A DNA stretch of 64,000 nucleotides from Moniliella sp. 'wahieum'. Lineage: Eukaryota. The position numbers were made by a program, and so were the translations under genes. This document shows, one piece after another, positions 13,692 through 26,868 of this stretch. The DNA lies in NCBI GenBank assembly GCA_003971905.1, contig RSEE01000002.1, positions 620,001-684,000 of the forward strand, in the 5' to 3' direction. The notes under the pieces were generated by a model, which was not told where the DNA came from, did not search any database, and saw only the letters and a program-made list of their open reading frames with translations. Numbering within the stretch: position 1 is the first letter of the stretch; each line of letters opens with the position of its first letter.

Positions 13692-14573
13692 CATGTGACC
13701 AAACCACTTGACTTCATGTGGCCAAAGTGTCCAAAAACGTCCATCGGGAAGATTTACTCATTTTTGGCTGCTGATTTGGTTGACCGAAGCAAACTTTTTA
13801 ATTTTTCACGACTGCCCGTGATTTGGGAGGATAGGAATCTCGACTTGAAGCTTGCGGCATGTCTGATGCTGATGATCGATGAAGCTGATGAAGGTTCAAT
13901 TGAAGCTTGAAGTCATGCCGTGGGGTGGTTGATAATCCATGGGCGAGGACGATTTGGTGTGTGGGAAACACAACCGACACACGACACAGGGCACCTACTC
14001 ACCTGCCACGGGCATCGTGGGAAGGTTGCGCGCCAAGACGAAGGGAGCAAGCGGGGCACAGTTTCATTCAGTTCTCGGCAACTTCCCTCATCGGCTGCAC
14101 ACAGCGGCATCGGGTGGCCTTACACTGCCCCCGGGCGGAGCTTGGTAGGGACACAGCGGGGGCAAGAAGATGGCGTGCTGCTCCTGTTGGGGGCGATCGA
14201 CCCCATCGCACCGCGCCAGAGTCGCCGGCGAAGCCCAGCGCCAGTATGGGCCCAGCTGCGCTCCACGCGTACTCATCGATGAGCACTGGGCAGGTGCCTC
14301 GCCAGGTGGCTGATGGCTGGCAGCACGCGAGTGTGTGATGCGCAGGTGACGCACCCCCCTGCACACACATGCACGCCATGCCTGGCGCTGTGCGGGTGTG
14401 CCACTGCGCCACCCTCTGCGGCCGTGCCGGCCACGGTGGCGGTGTTGATCGCAGTGTCACGCGTCCCACCGGAATCCCGTGACCGCCACCGGGCGTGGCG
14501 GTGGCCTGGCTGGGTGTTGGGTCGGGTTGCGGCCGACCACAGCCAGCGCGATGGAACACCGCTGGCGAGCTGC

Positions 14574-14618
14574 CACCACCGCACCACCACCACCACCACC
14601 ACCACCACCACCACCACC
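14574..14618. repeat. (CAC)n trinucleotide repeat just upstream of the FKS1 start
   Basis: Run of caccaccac read directly. Confidence 0.85.
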
Positions 14619-14644
14619 GCTGCGCCCCTCCCCCCCACACCACC

Positions 14645-17600
14645 ATGGCCAGCGCAGGCCCCCCCCGCCCCTCAGCAACGAGTCGCCATCCCTTCAACAT
14701 GGTCATCCAGCCCTAAACTCCAACCAGGACCCTGCGCCGCACCGAAGGCTTTCTGGCCAACGAAGGCTACTTTGCCAGCGAGCGCCCTCCCCCCAGCAGC
14801 GACTCTCATGGCCTACCTACAAGCACCCCTGCCGTACGACAAGTCGGCCGCCAATAGCACTATTCGCCCAGCGCCCTGCTGCCGGCTCCGCCACGTACTT
14901 AGCGGGCAACCCTTTCGGCGACGCACCTGTCCCCAACGCGATCCCTATCCGGCTTGGACGGCGGACCACAAATCCCCCCTCCAAGGAAGAGATCGAAGAC
15001 ATCTTTATTGACCTCGCGCCAACAAGTTCGGCTTCCACGCGACTCGATGCGCACATGTACGACCACCTCATGATCCTGCTTGACAGCCGCGCTAGCCGCA
15101 TGAGCCCATCATTGGGCCCTCGCAACGCTGCACGCCGACTACATTGGCGGAGAGCATCCAATTACGCAAGTGGTACTTTGCCTCCCAGCTCGACCTCGAC
15201 GATGCAATTGGCAAAGCTCAAAACCCTGGCTTGAGTCGCGCCACTAGCCTTCGGCGCCCTGGTAACCCCACGGGCCGTGCTGCCCTGCAGACCGCAAGCG
15301 CTAAAAGCCTCGAATCGGCCTCATCCCGTTGGCGTGATGCGATGCACCGCATGAACGATTATGACCGTCTTCGCCAAATCGCTCTCTGGCTCTGTGTTGG
15401 GGTGAGGGTGGGCAGGTCCGCTTTGTGCCCGAGTGTCTTTGCTTTATCTTCAAGTGTGCCGACGATTACTACCGCAGTCCAGAGTGCCAAGAGCGTCTTG
15501 ACCCAGTTCCTGAGGGCCTCTTTCTCCGTGCCGTTGTTCGTCCATTGTATCGTTTCCTCCGCGACCAAATCTTCGAAGTGGTTGATGGCAAATTCGTGAA
15601 GAAGGAAAAGGACCATGACCACATCATTGGGTATGACGATGTCAATCAGCTCTTTTGGTACCCTGAAGGCATCTCGCGTATCATCCTCCAGGACAAGACC
15701 CGCCTTGTCGACATCCCCCCTCAGCAGCGCTTCATGAAGTTTGACAAAATCGATTGGAATAATGTTTTCTTCAAGAACTATCGTGAGGCCCGCTCCTGGG
15801 GTCATGTGCTGGTCAATTTCAACCGTATCTGGATTCTTCATATCGCTGTTTTTTGGTTCACACTGCGTGCGTCTTACCCTTCCTCGATCCACTATGTACA
15901 CTGACCCTCATTCATATTGTACAGCGCCAACGCTCCCAAAGCTTATACGGATCAGGCGCCTTCGGTAGCCCAAAAGTTGACCGCGTCCGGCCTGGGCGGT
16001 GCTGTGGCGGTCTTTATCATGCTGCTTGCCACGGCCAGCGAGTGGCGCTACGTTGCCACAAACAAAAACAACTCTCATCTCCTCACTCGTACAATGTTCC
16101 TCCTGGTTTGCCTTGCCCTCACCATTGCTCCTGCCGTTTACGTTCATGGGTTCACTCACTCAGGCACTGTTCCAAACATCATTGGCTACGTCCATATTTG
16201 TGTTTCGGGCGTGATTACGGCTTTCTTGGCCATCGTTCCCAGTGGGAGAATGTTTGGGGATCGCGTGGCTGGCAAGGCGCGCAAATACCTGGCTAGTCAG
16301 ACGTTTACGGCCTCGTATCCTTCCCTAAGTCCTTCGCACCGTTTGGCCAGCATTGCGCTATGGGTTTTGGTCTTTGGCTGCAAGTTGACCGAGTCGTACT
16401 TTTTCCTCACTCTCTCGTTCCGGGATCCCTTTGCGATCATGGTGCGGATGACTGTGCAGAACTGCGATGACCGTTATTTTGGCCACGGGTTGTGCAAGAA
16501 CCAGCCTATGTTCACACTGGTCATCATGACCATCATGGACTGTGTTCTCTTTTTCCTCGACACGTACCTTTGGCACGTCATTTGGAGTACCGTCTTCAGT
16601 ATCGGCTGGGCCTTCCGTATGGGCATCTCCATTTGGACTCCCTGGAGTGACGTGTACCAGCGTCTGCCTAAACGGATCTACTCCAAAATCCTTGCCACTG
16701 CTGACATGGAGGTCAAGTACAAGCCCAAGATTCTCGTTTCCCAAGTTTGGAACGCTGTGATCATTTCCATGTACCGTGAGCATCTGTTGAGCATCGAGCA
16801 TGTCCAACGACTGCTGTACCACCAAGTTCCCATGGACGATGGGAAGCGTATGCTCCGTGCACCCGCCTCTTTATTAGCCAGAAAGACAAGGGCGCCAAAC
16901 CTGAATTTTTCCCCAAGGGGTCCGAAGCGGATCGCCGGATCAGCTTCTTTGCCCAGTCGCTCACACTCGATCTACCTGAACCCATTCCGATTGACGCTAT
17001 GCCTACATTCACCGTGCTCACGCCCCACTATTCCGAAAAGATTCTCTTTCGCTTCGGGAGATTATCCGTGAGGAGGACCAAAACACCCGAGTGACGCTCC
17101 TCGAGTACCTCAAGCAGCTCCATCCTATTGAATGGGACAACTTTGTCAAGGACACCAAAATTCTTGCGGAAGAGTCGGCGGCATTTGCGGGCAGTTCACC
17201 CTTTGACAATGAAAAGGGATCGGCCCATAGCAAGAAAACGGACGATCTCCCCTTCTACTGCATTGGCTTCAAGAGTGCCGCACCCGAGTACACTCTCCGC
17301 ACTCGGATCTGGGCCTCGCTTCGGGCCCAAACGGTTTATCGCACGGTTTCAGGATTCATGAACTATGCCAAGGCGATCAAACTGCTCTACCGTGTGGAAA
17401 ACCCCGAGGTGGTGCAGCTGTTTGGAGGAAACACAGAGAAGCTGGAGCGAGAACTGGAGCGGATGAGTCGTCGCAAGTTTAAGTACGTCATTACGATGCA
17501 ACGGTACTCCAAGTTTAACAAGGAGGAGCACGAGAACGCTGAGTTCCTTCTGCGTGCCTACCCCGACTTGCAAATTGCCTTCCTTGACGAGGAGGCGCCC

Positions 17601-20012
17601 CGCAAGGAGGGAGGCGAATCGCGTTGGTTCTCCTGCTTGGTCGATGGACACAGCGAGGGTACTGCCCAATGGCAAGCGTCGTCCCAAGTTTAAGATTGAG
17701 CTACCGGGCAACCCGATTCTCGGTGACGGCAAGTCGGATAACCAGAACCACGCCATCGTCTTCCACCGCGGCGAGTATGTCCAGGTGATCGATGCGAACC
17801 AGGAAACTATCTGGAGGAGTGCCTCAAAATCCGCTCTGTTCTCGGTGAATTTGAGTCGTTTACCGTCTCCAACGCCGATCCGTACGGGAAGAACCACATG
17901 GAGCACAGTAAGAACCCGGTCGCCATTCTCGGTGCGCGCGAGTACATTTACTCTGAAAACATTGGTTTGCTTGGTGACAATGCTGCGGGCAAGGAGCAGA
18001 CGTTTGGTACGCTTTCAGGGCGTGGATTGGCCCAAATTGGCGGCAAGTTGCATTATGGACACCCTGACTTCCTTAACGCGATCTTCATGACGACTCGGGG
18101 TGGCGTGTCCAAGGCCCAAAAGGGACTGCACCTCAACGAGGACATCTATGCTGGTATGACAGCTTTCTCTCGTGGTGGCCGAATCAAGCACTGCGAGTAT
18201 TACCAATGTGGCAAGGGGCGTGACTTGGGCTTTGGCACCATTCTCAACTTTACCACCAAATTGGGTAACGGTATGGGCGAGCAATTCCTCTCGCGCGAAT
18301 ACTACTACATGGGCACCCAGTTGCCCATGGATCGTTTCCTCACGTTCTACTACGGCCATCCAGGGTTCACTCTCAACAACTGCATGGTTATTGGCAGTAT
18401 GCAGCTGTTGATGTTGGCGATGGTGTACATTGGTACGCTCAACAGTACTCTGGCTATCTGCAAGGTGACCGAAGACAACTTTATCATCGGTACCAATGGC
18501 TGCTACTACCTCAATCCCGTCTTTGCCTGGGTCAAAACCATCATCTCCATCTTCCTTGTCTTTGCGATTGCCTTCCTCCCACTCTTTATGACGGAGCTAT
18601 GCGAGCGGGGTGCAGTGTCGGCGGCGGTACGTCTCTTGAAGCAGTTCCTCTCCCTTTCGCCCATCTTCGAAGTCTTCTCGACCCAGATTTACTCCTCCTC
18701 CCTCATTTCGAACTTGACGTTTGGAGGGGCACGGTACATTGCCACTGGCCGTGGGTTCGCAACTACCCGCCAGAGCTTTGCCTTGCTCTTTAGCCGCTTC
18801 GCTGGCCCATCCATTACATGGGCACCCGGCTCACCCTGCTGCTCCTTTACGTGACACTCACATTATGGATCCCCCACTTGATCTAGTAAGTTGCACCACT
18901 GTTTCTGTTGATGGTCCTCGCTGACCTCTTTCCCAGCTTCTGGATTTCCATCACAGCGCTCGTCATTGCACCCTTTGTCTTTAACCCCCACCAGTTCTCG
19001 GTGGCCGACTTTTTCATTGACTACCGCGAGTTCCTCCGTGGATGAGTCGTGGAAACAGTCGTGCTCACGCCAATAGCTGGGTAGGGTACTGCCGTCTAAG
19101 TCGCACCAAGGTGACCGGCTACAAGAAGAAACGCCTTGGCCATCCATCGGAAAAGTTAGCTGGCGATGTTCCGCGGCCGGCTGGCGAACGATTCTGTTTG
19201 CCGAATGTCTTTTCCCCATTTCCACCGCGATCATCTTGTTGTGGCCTACTCGTTTGTCAAGTCATTCCATGGCCCCAATTCGCCTCCTCAGGGCGCCATC
19301 ACAACGCATTCTCATCTTTGCCCTGTGCCCTCTGGCCTGGAACGCGGCCGTGCTGCTGGTGGGGTTCATTATCAGCTTGACGCTGGGTCCTGCTTTGAGC
19401 AACAGCTGCGTCAAGTTTGGTTCGTATGTCGCCTCCATTGCGCATTTCCTCGCGGTGTGGGAATGATCTTCTTCTTTGAGTTTTTCTGGGTGATTGAGAT
19501 GTGGAACGCAAGCCACGCCGTGTTGGGGTTGATCGCGGTGATTGCGATCCAACGTGCCATTTTCAAGATCCTCATTGCACTCGTCTTGTCGCGCGAGAGA
19601 TGAAGACGACGAGACGAGACGAACCGGGCGTGGTGGACAGGTCGGTGGTACGGCCGTGGGTTGGGCGGACACGCATGGAGCCAACCACTTCGTGAATTTG
19701 TAGTCAAGATCATCGAGATGGGCAGTTACTCGGGCGACTTTATTCTTTGCCACTTGATCCTCTTTGCCTTGTCTGTACCGCTGCTGATCCCCTTTGTCAA
19801 CCGGATCCATTCGATGGGTCTCTTCTGGCTCCGCCCCAGTCGGCAAATCACCAGCCCATCTTCTCCATGCGCCAGAGGAAGCAGCGTCGCTCCATCGTCT
19901 TCCGCTTTGGTATCATTTTCCTTCTTGCCTTTGGCGTCTTTGTCGCGCTCATCGCCGTGCCCCTCGCCTTGCGCGCAGCTCGACCAACCTGCATCCCAAT
20001 TTGCAGATTTAA
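14645..20012 (+). CDS. FKS1: 1,3-beta-glucan synthase catalytic subunit (GT48); introns 15867-15924 and 18886-18936; many frameshifts; start inferred
   Basis: Motifs PYPAW..., [137 protein letters not shown]. Introns have GT, CTGAC branch point and CAG. Start assigned to the CACCATGG context at 14645. Confidence 0.97.
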
Positions 20013-21143
20013 TTTGTTACGCCCCCTGGCCAGTCCTCAGTTCTCAGGCCTCGTGCTTCTTCCCCTTGCTTGGGGGGTTTCCCCGCTTGGACCAGTGGGG
20101 TTCCTCCTCGTGACGGATCTCGTTCTTGCGCACCAGGTTTGTTGTCCTGTTGTCCTCCCTTCGCCTCGGAACACTGCTCTCCCCCGTCGTCACCCCCCCC
20201 CCCCCCCCCCTGGAGTTCCAAGATCATTTGTAGCACAACCATCTCGCTTCCTACTCGCGGGCGAGTCTTGTCCCTCTCCCTTCTCTCGTCCCTCTCTCCC
20301 TCGCCCCCTCACCCTCTTTCTCTTTCCCTCTCACCCGCACGCTCTTTTCGCTCGAGTGGTAACCTGCACCCTACCCCCACCCCCCTCTTTCGTCTTTCTC
20401 ATCTCTTCTCATCGCACCCATCCCCATGCTGCGTTTGCACGCGCCCTCCCCACTCGTGCTATGACTTTCGAGTCAGTTCCCTTTTGGCACTCCGCGACCC
20501 TACTACTTCATTATCTCTCTCCGCTCTACTGGTAGACTAGCTTACCATAGCGTACTGGTACCGCAGTCTCTCGTATGCGCTTGTGGCTCCCCTCTTCCCT
20601 GAATCGCCGTGAAATGGACCTTTTGCAGTTTAGTTCAACGTCCTCTCTCTCTCTCTCTCCATCCCTCTCTCTCTCTCTCGCTCCATCGCGTCTCGATTGT
20701 GCCACATTGTCCGTTTGAGGTGGGCAGGCACCGCATCCTGTATTGTTTCGAGATACCTGCCCATTGGGTGGGCTGACCCCTTGAATGACATGTGACATGG
20801 CGTCGAACGCTTCGCGTCTGCAGTCCCCGATGGTGGGCGGGCGACTTGGTTCACTCGAAGGCTTGAAGCTTGACCTGAGGGGTCGGCCGACCCACTTGAG
20901 CGGCGAACGTGGGAGAATGATTAACGAGTAATGAACATTGAACGTTCAAGGTTGAACCCTAGCGTGTTGGTGTTGTTTCTTCCGCGTGGCACACTGCCCC
21001 TGTGCAAGCGGCGCGGGGAGGACGCGCATTCCGACAGTCCCCCCTGCCTGCGCCTGCGCTGGGGCTGGCGTGAGCCGACGCAGCTAACCGGGCGGGCACG
21101 CCGGACCCCACCACCCCACGTACCCACCCCGTTGTCTGCTGCG

Positions 21144-22288
21144 ATGGGCGAGTCGCGTACCGAGTTGATTGCCTGGCTCAACGAGCTGCTTGGCCTGGGC
21201 TACACCAAGGTCGAGCAGTGCGGAACGGGCGCAGCGTATGCCCAGATCATTGATAGCATCTATGGCAACGTGCCTATGAGCAAGCTCAATTGGACGGCCA
21301 AGATGGAGTACGAGTTTCTCGGCAAACAAGGTGCTTCAAGATGTGTTTAAGCGCAACAAGATCGCTAAACCCATCCCGGTCGAACGCCTGACCAAGTGCA
21401 AAATGCAGGACAATCTCGAGTGGCTTCAATGGAGCAAGGTACGTCCCTTTCCTTTCCCTCCTTCCTCCACGCATGCTGCCATTGCCATGTCCGAGCCCGA
21501 GCCCGAACCGTGATGCCCCCCCCCGTCCCCCTGCCCCTTCCGCCTTCCTCCCTCTAACCATACCCATCGTTCCTCAATGACTAGAAATTCTGGGACGCCA
21601 ACTACCCCGGTGGCGAGTACGATGCCGAAGGTCGTCGGCACGGGCCGCCGCTGTGCTCCACCGCTGCATGGGCAGGCAACTGTAGGTGCGCCCGGGGCGT
21701 GCGTCCTTCCGGCGCGACCAGCCGTCCTACTGCCAGGGTAAGCGCTACGTCGTCCTGCTCCGCGGAGAGGTACGGCGCCCCGTGCGGCGGGCACGGTGCG
21801 TACACGTCCTGCAGGCTCGGCGTCAGCCTCGGTCTCGCTCGCAGCGCAACAGCAGCATGAAGAGGACGCAGCGGCCGTGGCAGCGTTGACGACCGAGGTG
21901 GAAGAGGGAGGAGAGCATTGGCGTGATTGAACATGAGCGGGATTTTACTTTGACAAGTTGCGGGAGATGGAAATCATCGTCTCGGATCGTCTTGCCGCGA
22001 GCGAGACGCATGCCCAAGCGGTGGCGGAAGGTCGAGAGGCTGACGTGGCCGATATCCCGGCCCGACCGAGGCCGAACTCGAGATTCTGCGCCGCATCCAG
22101 GAAATCATGTATGCTACCGACGAAGGGTTCACTGTCCCGGACGAAGCAGAGGTACGTGACGTGCTCCGCCTTAACGGTAATGGCAACTGCAGTTGCAATG
22201 CAATTGCGCCTATACAGCTCGTTACTGACCAACTTGTGTTTTATCAATCCAGGCGGCTGTCGATGAGGAACAAATGTTTGAGTTCTGA
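21144..22288 (+). CDS. BIM1: EB1-family microtubule plus-end protein (Bim1/Mal3/Peb1); introns 21439-21584 and 22152-22252
   Basis: MGESRTELIAWLNELL...KVEQCGTGAAYAQIIDSIYG (CH domain), KPIPVERLTKCKMQDNLEWLQWSK|KFWD, EBH segment EHERDF..KLREMEI...IQEIMYATDEGF, and an acidic C-terminus. Confidence 0.95.
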
Positions 22289-22321
22289 ATCGATGTACTA
22301 TCCTTTTGCGTTTGCTTTTTG

Positions 22322-22381
22322 CTTTACTTTGGCTTTACTTTGGCTTTGGCTTTGGCTTTGGCTTTGGCTTTGGCTTTGGCT
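22322..22381. repeat. (CTTTGG)n microsatellite in the BIM1 3' region
   Basis: ctttggctttggctttgg... read directly. Confidence 0.9.
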
Positions 22382-23249
22382 GTGGCTTCTGTTTCTGGGT
22401 TGGCAGCAACTAACATCGACAACCGCCCTCCTCCACTGATAGCATCGGTCCCTCTCGTTGTCTCTGGCTGTGGGGATGCGAGTGGATTGATGCTCTGATA
22501 GATCCCCTAGCCCATGGGAATGCGGTGGGAGTCCAGCTGGCCCGGCCTAAATATAATACCAACCAGGACGGCCTAATGCGCTTGGGAAGGACCTACTGAG
22601 TGATGGTGCTTGAAGCTGTTCCACTTGAACGTGCCGGCCCCAGACTGCATAGTAATTGTGCCTTTGGCTGACTTGTATCCTTTTTGTACTTTCTTCCTTC
22701 GCTGAGAAGTACGCCTACAGTGACCAAGGGTCCTCGCTTCGTTGTACCGTGGGGGTAGTAGCGCAATAAATAACGTACGCGTCTCACCCTGGCAAGCCTC
22801 GTTTAGCATCACAGAAAGAATCGCTGAAAACGTGCGGATACGGTCCAACCGTGCCACGCTGATTGTTTTGGTGGTGTTGTGGTGGGCGTGGGGGAGCTGA
22901 AATCAGCAGGAGAAAAATACAAGCAAACAGGAAATATGAACGACAGGAGGGGCGAAAAGGGGGACAAAAGTGAGGTCTGAGATCTGATATCAGAGAGGCG
23001 ACATCTGATGTCGCGAGTCGGGGGGAAAGAGTATATATGTATCGTAACTAGATTTGACGGTGAGGTCGCGCTTAGCACAGCGCAATGGCGATGGCAGCCA
23101 TGTACAGCGCAGACACGTCGGGCGCCACTGCACCCGACCCAATAACCCACACCACACCACACCAATCCCACCAAATCAAGCCAAGCCAACACAATCCAAA
23201 CCCAAATCCAAATCCAAATCCAACCGTCAGTCTCTCCTACGCCTGCTCT

Positions 23250-24231
23250 CTCGCTCGAGATGGGCAGGAAACAGCGTACCGTGCACGCGCAACTTGCGCC
23301 GCAGACTGGCAGGCACTTTATCAATGTACGCCCACGTATGGTTCCTCAAGTGGGGGGCGGGTGCACGCACCACCCACGCAAGTTCCACTCCACCTGTAAT
23401 GTGCCCAAGTTGCACTCGGGGGCAAACACCACCACGGCGCTACCTGGCGGTGCATCGTGAGTCCACAGCGGGTGGTCGGGGGGGGAGCGGGTTGAAATGG
23501 ATGGAATGTCGGGGCAAATGCGACAGGGCGCCCGTCATGCGAACACCTCTTGTCCCGACGGCCGCAGCGCAATGCGTTCCTTGCCGTCGCACCGTACACC
23601 AACGTCAGAACTACCTCCCCCGTGGCAGGACTGCGCAGGTGGTATTGGACCGGGTGGCGGGCGGCGGTTGCTCCAGCGCCGCGTGTGCTTGCCGCAGCGA
23701 CGAGAAGGGCAAATCAGGGATCACCAGCGGTTCTCGTGTGGCCGCATCCTTTCAGAGTGCAGGGTTAGAAGCTGCGATTTCCCGACAATTCAGCAAGACA
23801 GGACGCACCGTTACGGTCAAGTACGTGCTGAAGGTGCCCTTGAGAGCGATGACAAGCAGTTTGGCCGTGGCGAAGAGGAATGGATCAGCAAAGTACGGCG
23901 GCAGCGTCTCGTGTTCGGTGCGCGTCTCGGGGGGGACGGAGGCGCGGTGCGGTGGCAGAAGATGGAGGGCTGGGTCGAGGGGGGTGGGGGGGTGGGGCTG
24001 AGGGCCAGCACTGAGGGGGGGAGCAGAGTACCCGGGGGGAGACGCACTGGCCCACAGCAGGCCCCCCTCGGCGGGTGGCGAGGGCGGGTGGGCGTGGAGC
24101 GGGGTGTGGGCGCTGGGGGCAGGCTGGGAGGCGGGGCGGGGCGGGCGGCGGCGGCGCAGGGGGGCGAGGAGGGAGCGGTGGTGGGCCAGGCGGGCAGGCG
24201 CAGGGGTGTAGGCGGGGGGCGGCGCACTCAT
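23250..24231 (-). CDS. Hypothetical protein with Pro-rich N-terminus and PPxY-like motifs; 3' end uncertain
   Basis: ORF 23752..24231(-) MSAPPPAYTP...SPPGYS...LPPYF followed by globular-looking sequence. TATATATAA at about 24277-24285 lies just upstream. Confidence 0.35.
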
Positions 24232-24719
24232 CGCGCATCGCAGCTGCGGGGGTTGTGCACTGGCGAGGGAGGCGCGTATATATAACTGCCCATGGGGCGA
24301 GCGCAGGCTGCTTCCTAAGGCCTACCTAAGGCCTAATGGCGCTGTGTTTAATTGTGCCTGACGCCCGCGGCAGGGCCCCGCAGCTCTATCGGCGTGCTGC
24401 CGTGCCTGCCCAGCTTGGCAGGCGCCGCCCGGGGGCAGTGTCGGAGTCGGGCGTCTGTGCGGCGCTGGGCGAGCGGGCGTGGGGTGCGTGCAGGCGCCCG
24501 TGTGGTCGCGTATATCCTTGCTCTCTCCCGCCCCCTCCATCCACCCGCACCCCGCAGCTCGGCCGTCTCCCCACCGCCTCCCCCACCCCTGTGGCCCCGC
24601 ACCCCACACGCGTCCCATCTCCCAGTATAGACATCGCATCCCACGTTAAAACGCCACCTGCCAATGCGCCCCCCCCAACAATCACAGTACACATCAAATA
24701 TCTTCTTCCCACCCGGCCG

Positions 24720-26206
24720 TCCTACGCCTCCACGGTCTCGTAGTCCAACTGTACACGCGTGGCAGTCGCCCGATCCCGTCGCAACTATCGTCCCGACGGT
24801 CCAACGACCAGTCGAGGGAATAAATTTCCTACTCATGACCCTGCAGCACTTTGTGCACCGTGCGCGACGCAATGTCCCAGATCCTCACTTGCCGGTCCTC
24901 CACCCTTGTCGTAAGGTACTTTCCACCCGGACTAAAGCAAACCGAGCTAATGTACACGTCTTCCCCACCACCAGCCACATCCTCCACCACCAGCGCCACG
25001 CGCGCCCCCGTCGTCATTCGATCGTAGATCTGCGCCGAACGGTTGCACCCCGTCGCAACCATCTTGTCTTCCAACGAGAACCGCACACAGCACACGACCG
25101 AATCATGCGCCATCGTGTGCACCACACCCAGCTTCATCCGCCCCGGCACACTGGGATTCCCAATCGCCATCCAACCCGGCGTCTCGGTCTTGAGTGCGCT
25201 CGGCACACCTCGGCGGCATCCCGACTGGCAAGCTGGGCAAAAAACGCCTGGTTGGCCTCCGCCTCTGCCGTACTGGGAGAAACAAGTTCCATGGCCCGAA
25301 CCGACTTGGCCCCCGTGCTCGCCGCGTCCCACGCATTTCTTTTCTCTTTTCTTTTCTTTCCCCTGTGGGGGACAGCTGGAGCGTGGAGTGGGGATACGAT
25401 GCAGGCGCGGCTGCCCAGTGGTACCCCTCTCTCATGCGCATCTGCTTGGGTTCCGAAGGCGGCAGCTGCGCCCTGTTGCTCAGTTTGGGCAGCGGAAGGT
25501 GGGGGGGCGAACGGGGAGGAGGGTACTCCCTGCCTCTGGGCGAAGCAGCTTGGTTCCCACCCAGACTGAATGGGAAGGCGGTAGTGCTCACTTGTCGCGG
25601 GCCCACCAACATGTGCAAGCGCTAGATTTCGTCCCGATAGCTTTGCACGGTTGGGTCAGACGTAGGTAGAGGGCTGGTAGGGGGGAAAGAAAGAGCGCGA
25701 GAGCGAGAGAGAGGGAGGACGAACATACTGGGCAAGAATTTCGGCATGCATCTCTTCTCCACAACTCGGTGATTTGCAGTGGGTCTGCATCGCTCTGACT
25801 TCTTGCACTTGGGACGTCATTACCTCATTTGCTCTGCATGTCGTCCGGCTGCCACCGCAGCAGACCATTGTCCTGGCCCAGCACATTAAACTCTTGCCAA
25901 ATCGTATACCAAACACATCGGACAGACAAGCATGCGTAGCACTTTTGTAGCACGCGTAGCCCACCACCCAGCCCAGGTGGCACAACCGCCTCGCCATACC
26001 CGCGTCCATGTCCGCTCTGGTCCTAACGGTCCCATCTCCGTCGTCGACAAAGGTGCCGGCCGCCCTCTCACTTTCGCTCTCGTCGTCGCGTCCTGGCGCC
26101 GAGGCGAGCACGGGGGAGGATGCGGTGCTGGTGGGGGTGGTGTCGCCCTAGGAGGAGGCGCTGCGCTCATGGGCACGAGAGGGCGGTGCTGGTACATATG
26201 CGCCAT
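24720..26206 (-). pseudogene. TUP1: Decayed, 3'-truncated TUP1 corepressor copy
   Basis: N-terminus MYQHRPLVP...IWQEFNVLGQDNGLLRWQPDDMQ...SQVQEVRAMQTH...EMHAEILA(H)|YRDEI*RL resembles Tup_N. WD40 text HDSVVCCVRFS...ATGCNRSAQIYD...VYISSVCFSPGGKYL...EDRQVRIWDI...LQGHE*EIYSLDWS...TGSGD. In-frame TAG at 25622-24 and 24829-31. No WD4-7 text downstream. Intron 25641-25728 is retained. Confidence 0.8.
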
Positions 26207-26868
26207 GCCCAGCTGACGTGCGCGAGCGGGAGCGGGGTGGCCGGTGGGGGGACTATTCAGTACCCAGTATACTCAGTACTCAGTGGATCAGGGAGAGTGA
26301 GTGGATCGAGGGATGGAGCATCTGCATGGGTAGTGTGACTAGCTAGTGACTAGTGGTCACATCGATCACATGCATGTGATCTGACACAAACATCCCTCTG
26401 CTTCGGATTCCCGGTTCCTCCCAAACACCGCTCTCGCCGCCACAGCGACGCCGTCACGCGTCGTACGTCACACGTCAAGGAACATGGACCATCGATCATC
26501 GATCATCGATCAATATTCAATTTGAGATCTCAGTCTGAGATCCCAGGGAAGAAGCAAGAGCTAACTAAGATCTCCCAACGCTGCCAAGCTTTCAATAGTC
26601 GTTCTGGACCAGACTTCAAGCTCAAGCACAAGCTTCAGATGGACGCCAGATCTCAGATCCTCAGATCCCAAAGCGCTTGCAGCTCCCGGGGCCCCTCGGT
26701 AGGACTGACTGGGCCACTGAGGCGGCTTTCGATTCCAACCCGCCTTGCGCTGCCAAGCTCCACACTGAGACGGAGGAGCTCGAGTACCGAGTGTTGCTGG
26801 TGTTAGATTGGGGCTGGGTATGCGCAGTGCTCCCATGCACGCAAAAACAGCTCGGTTGTACCAAAAAG

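Noticed and set aside
14645..20012. Programmed ribosomal frameshifting or a split FKS1
   Set aside because: Frame changes are numerous, affect nearly all genes and lack slippery-site structure. Sequencing error is the simpler explanation.
22262..22288. Unusual EB1 tail EEQMFEF instead of a terminal EEx(F/Y)-like end
   Set aside because: A single missing T would give ...EEQMF-stop, so it cannot be distinguished from an indel error.
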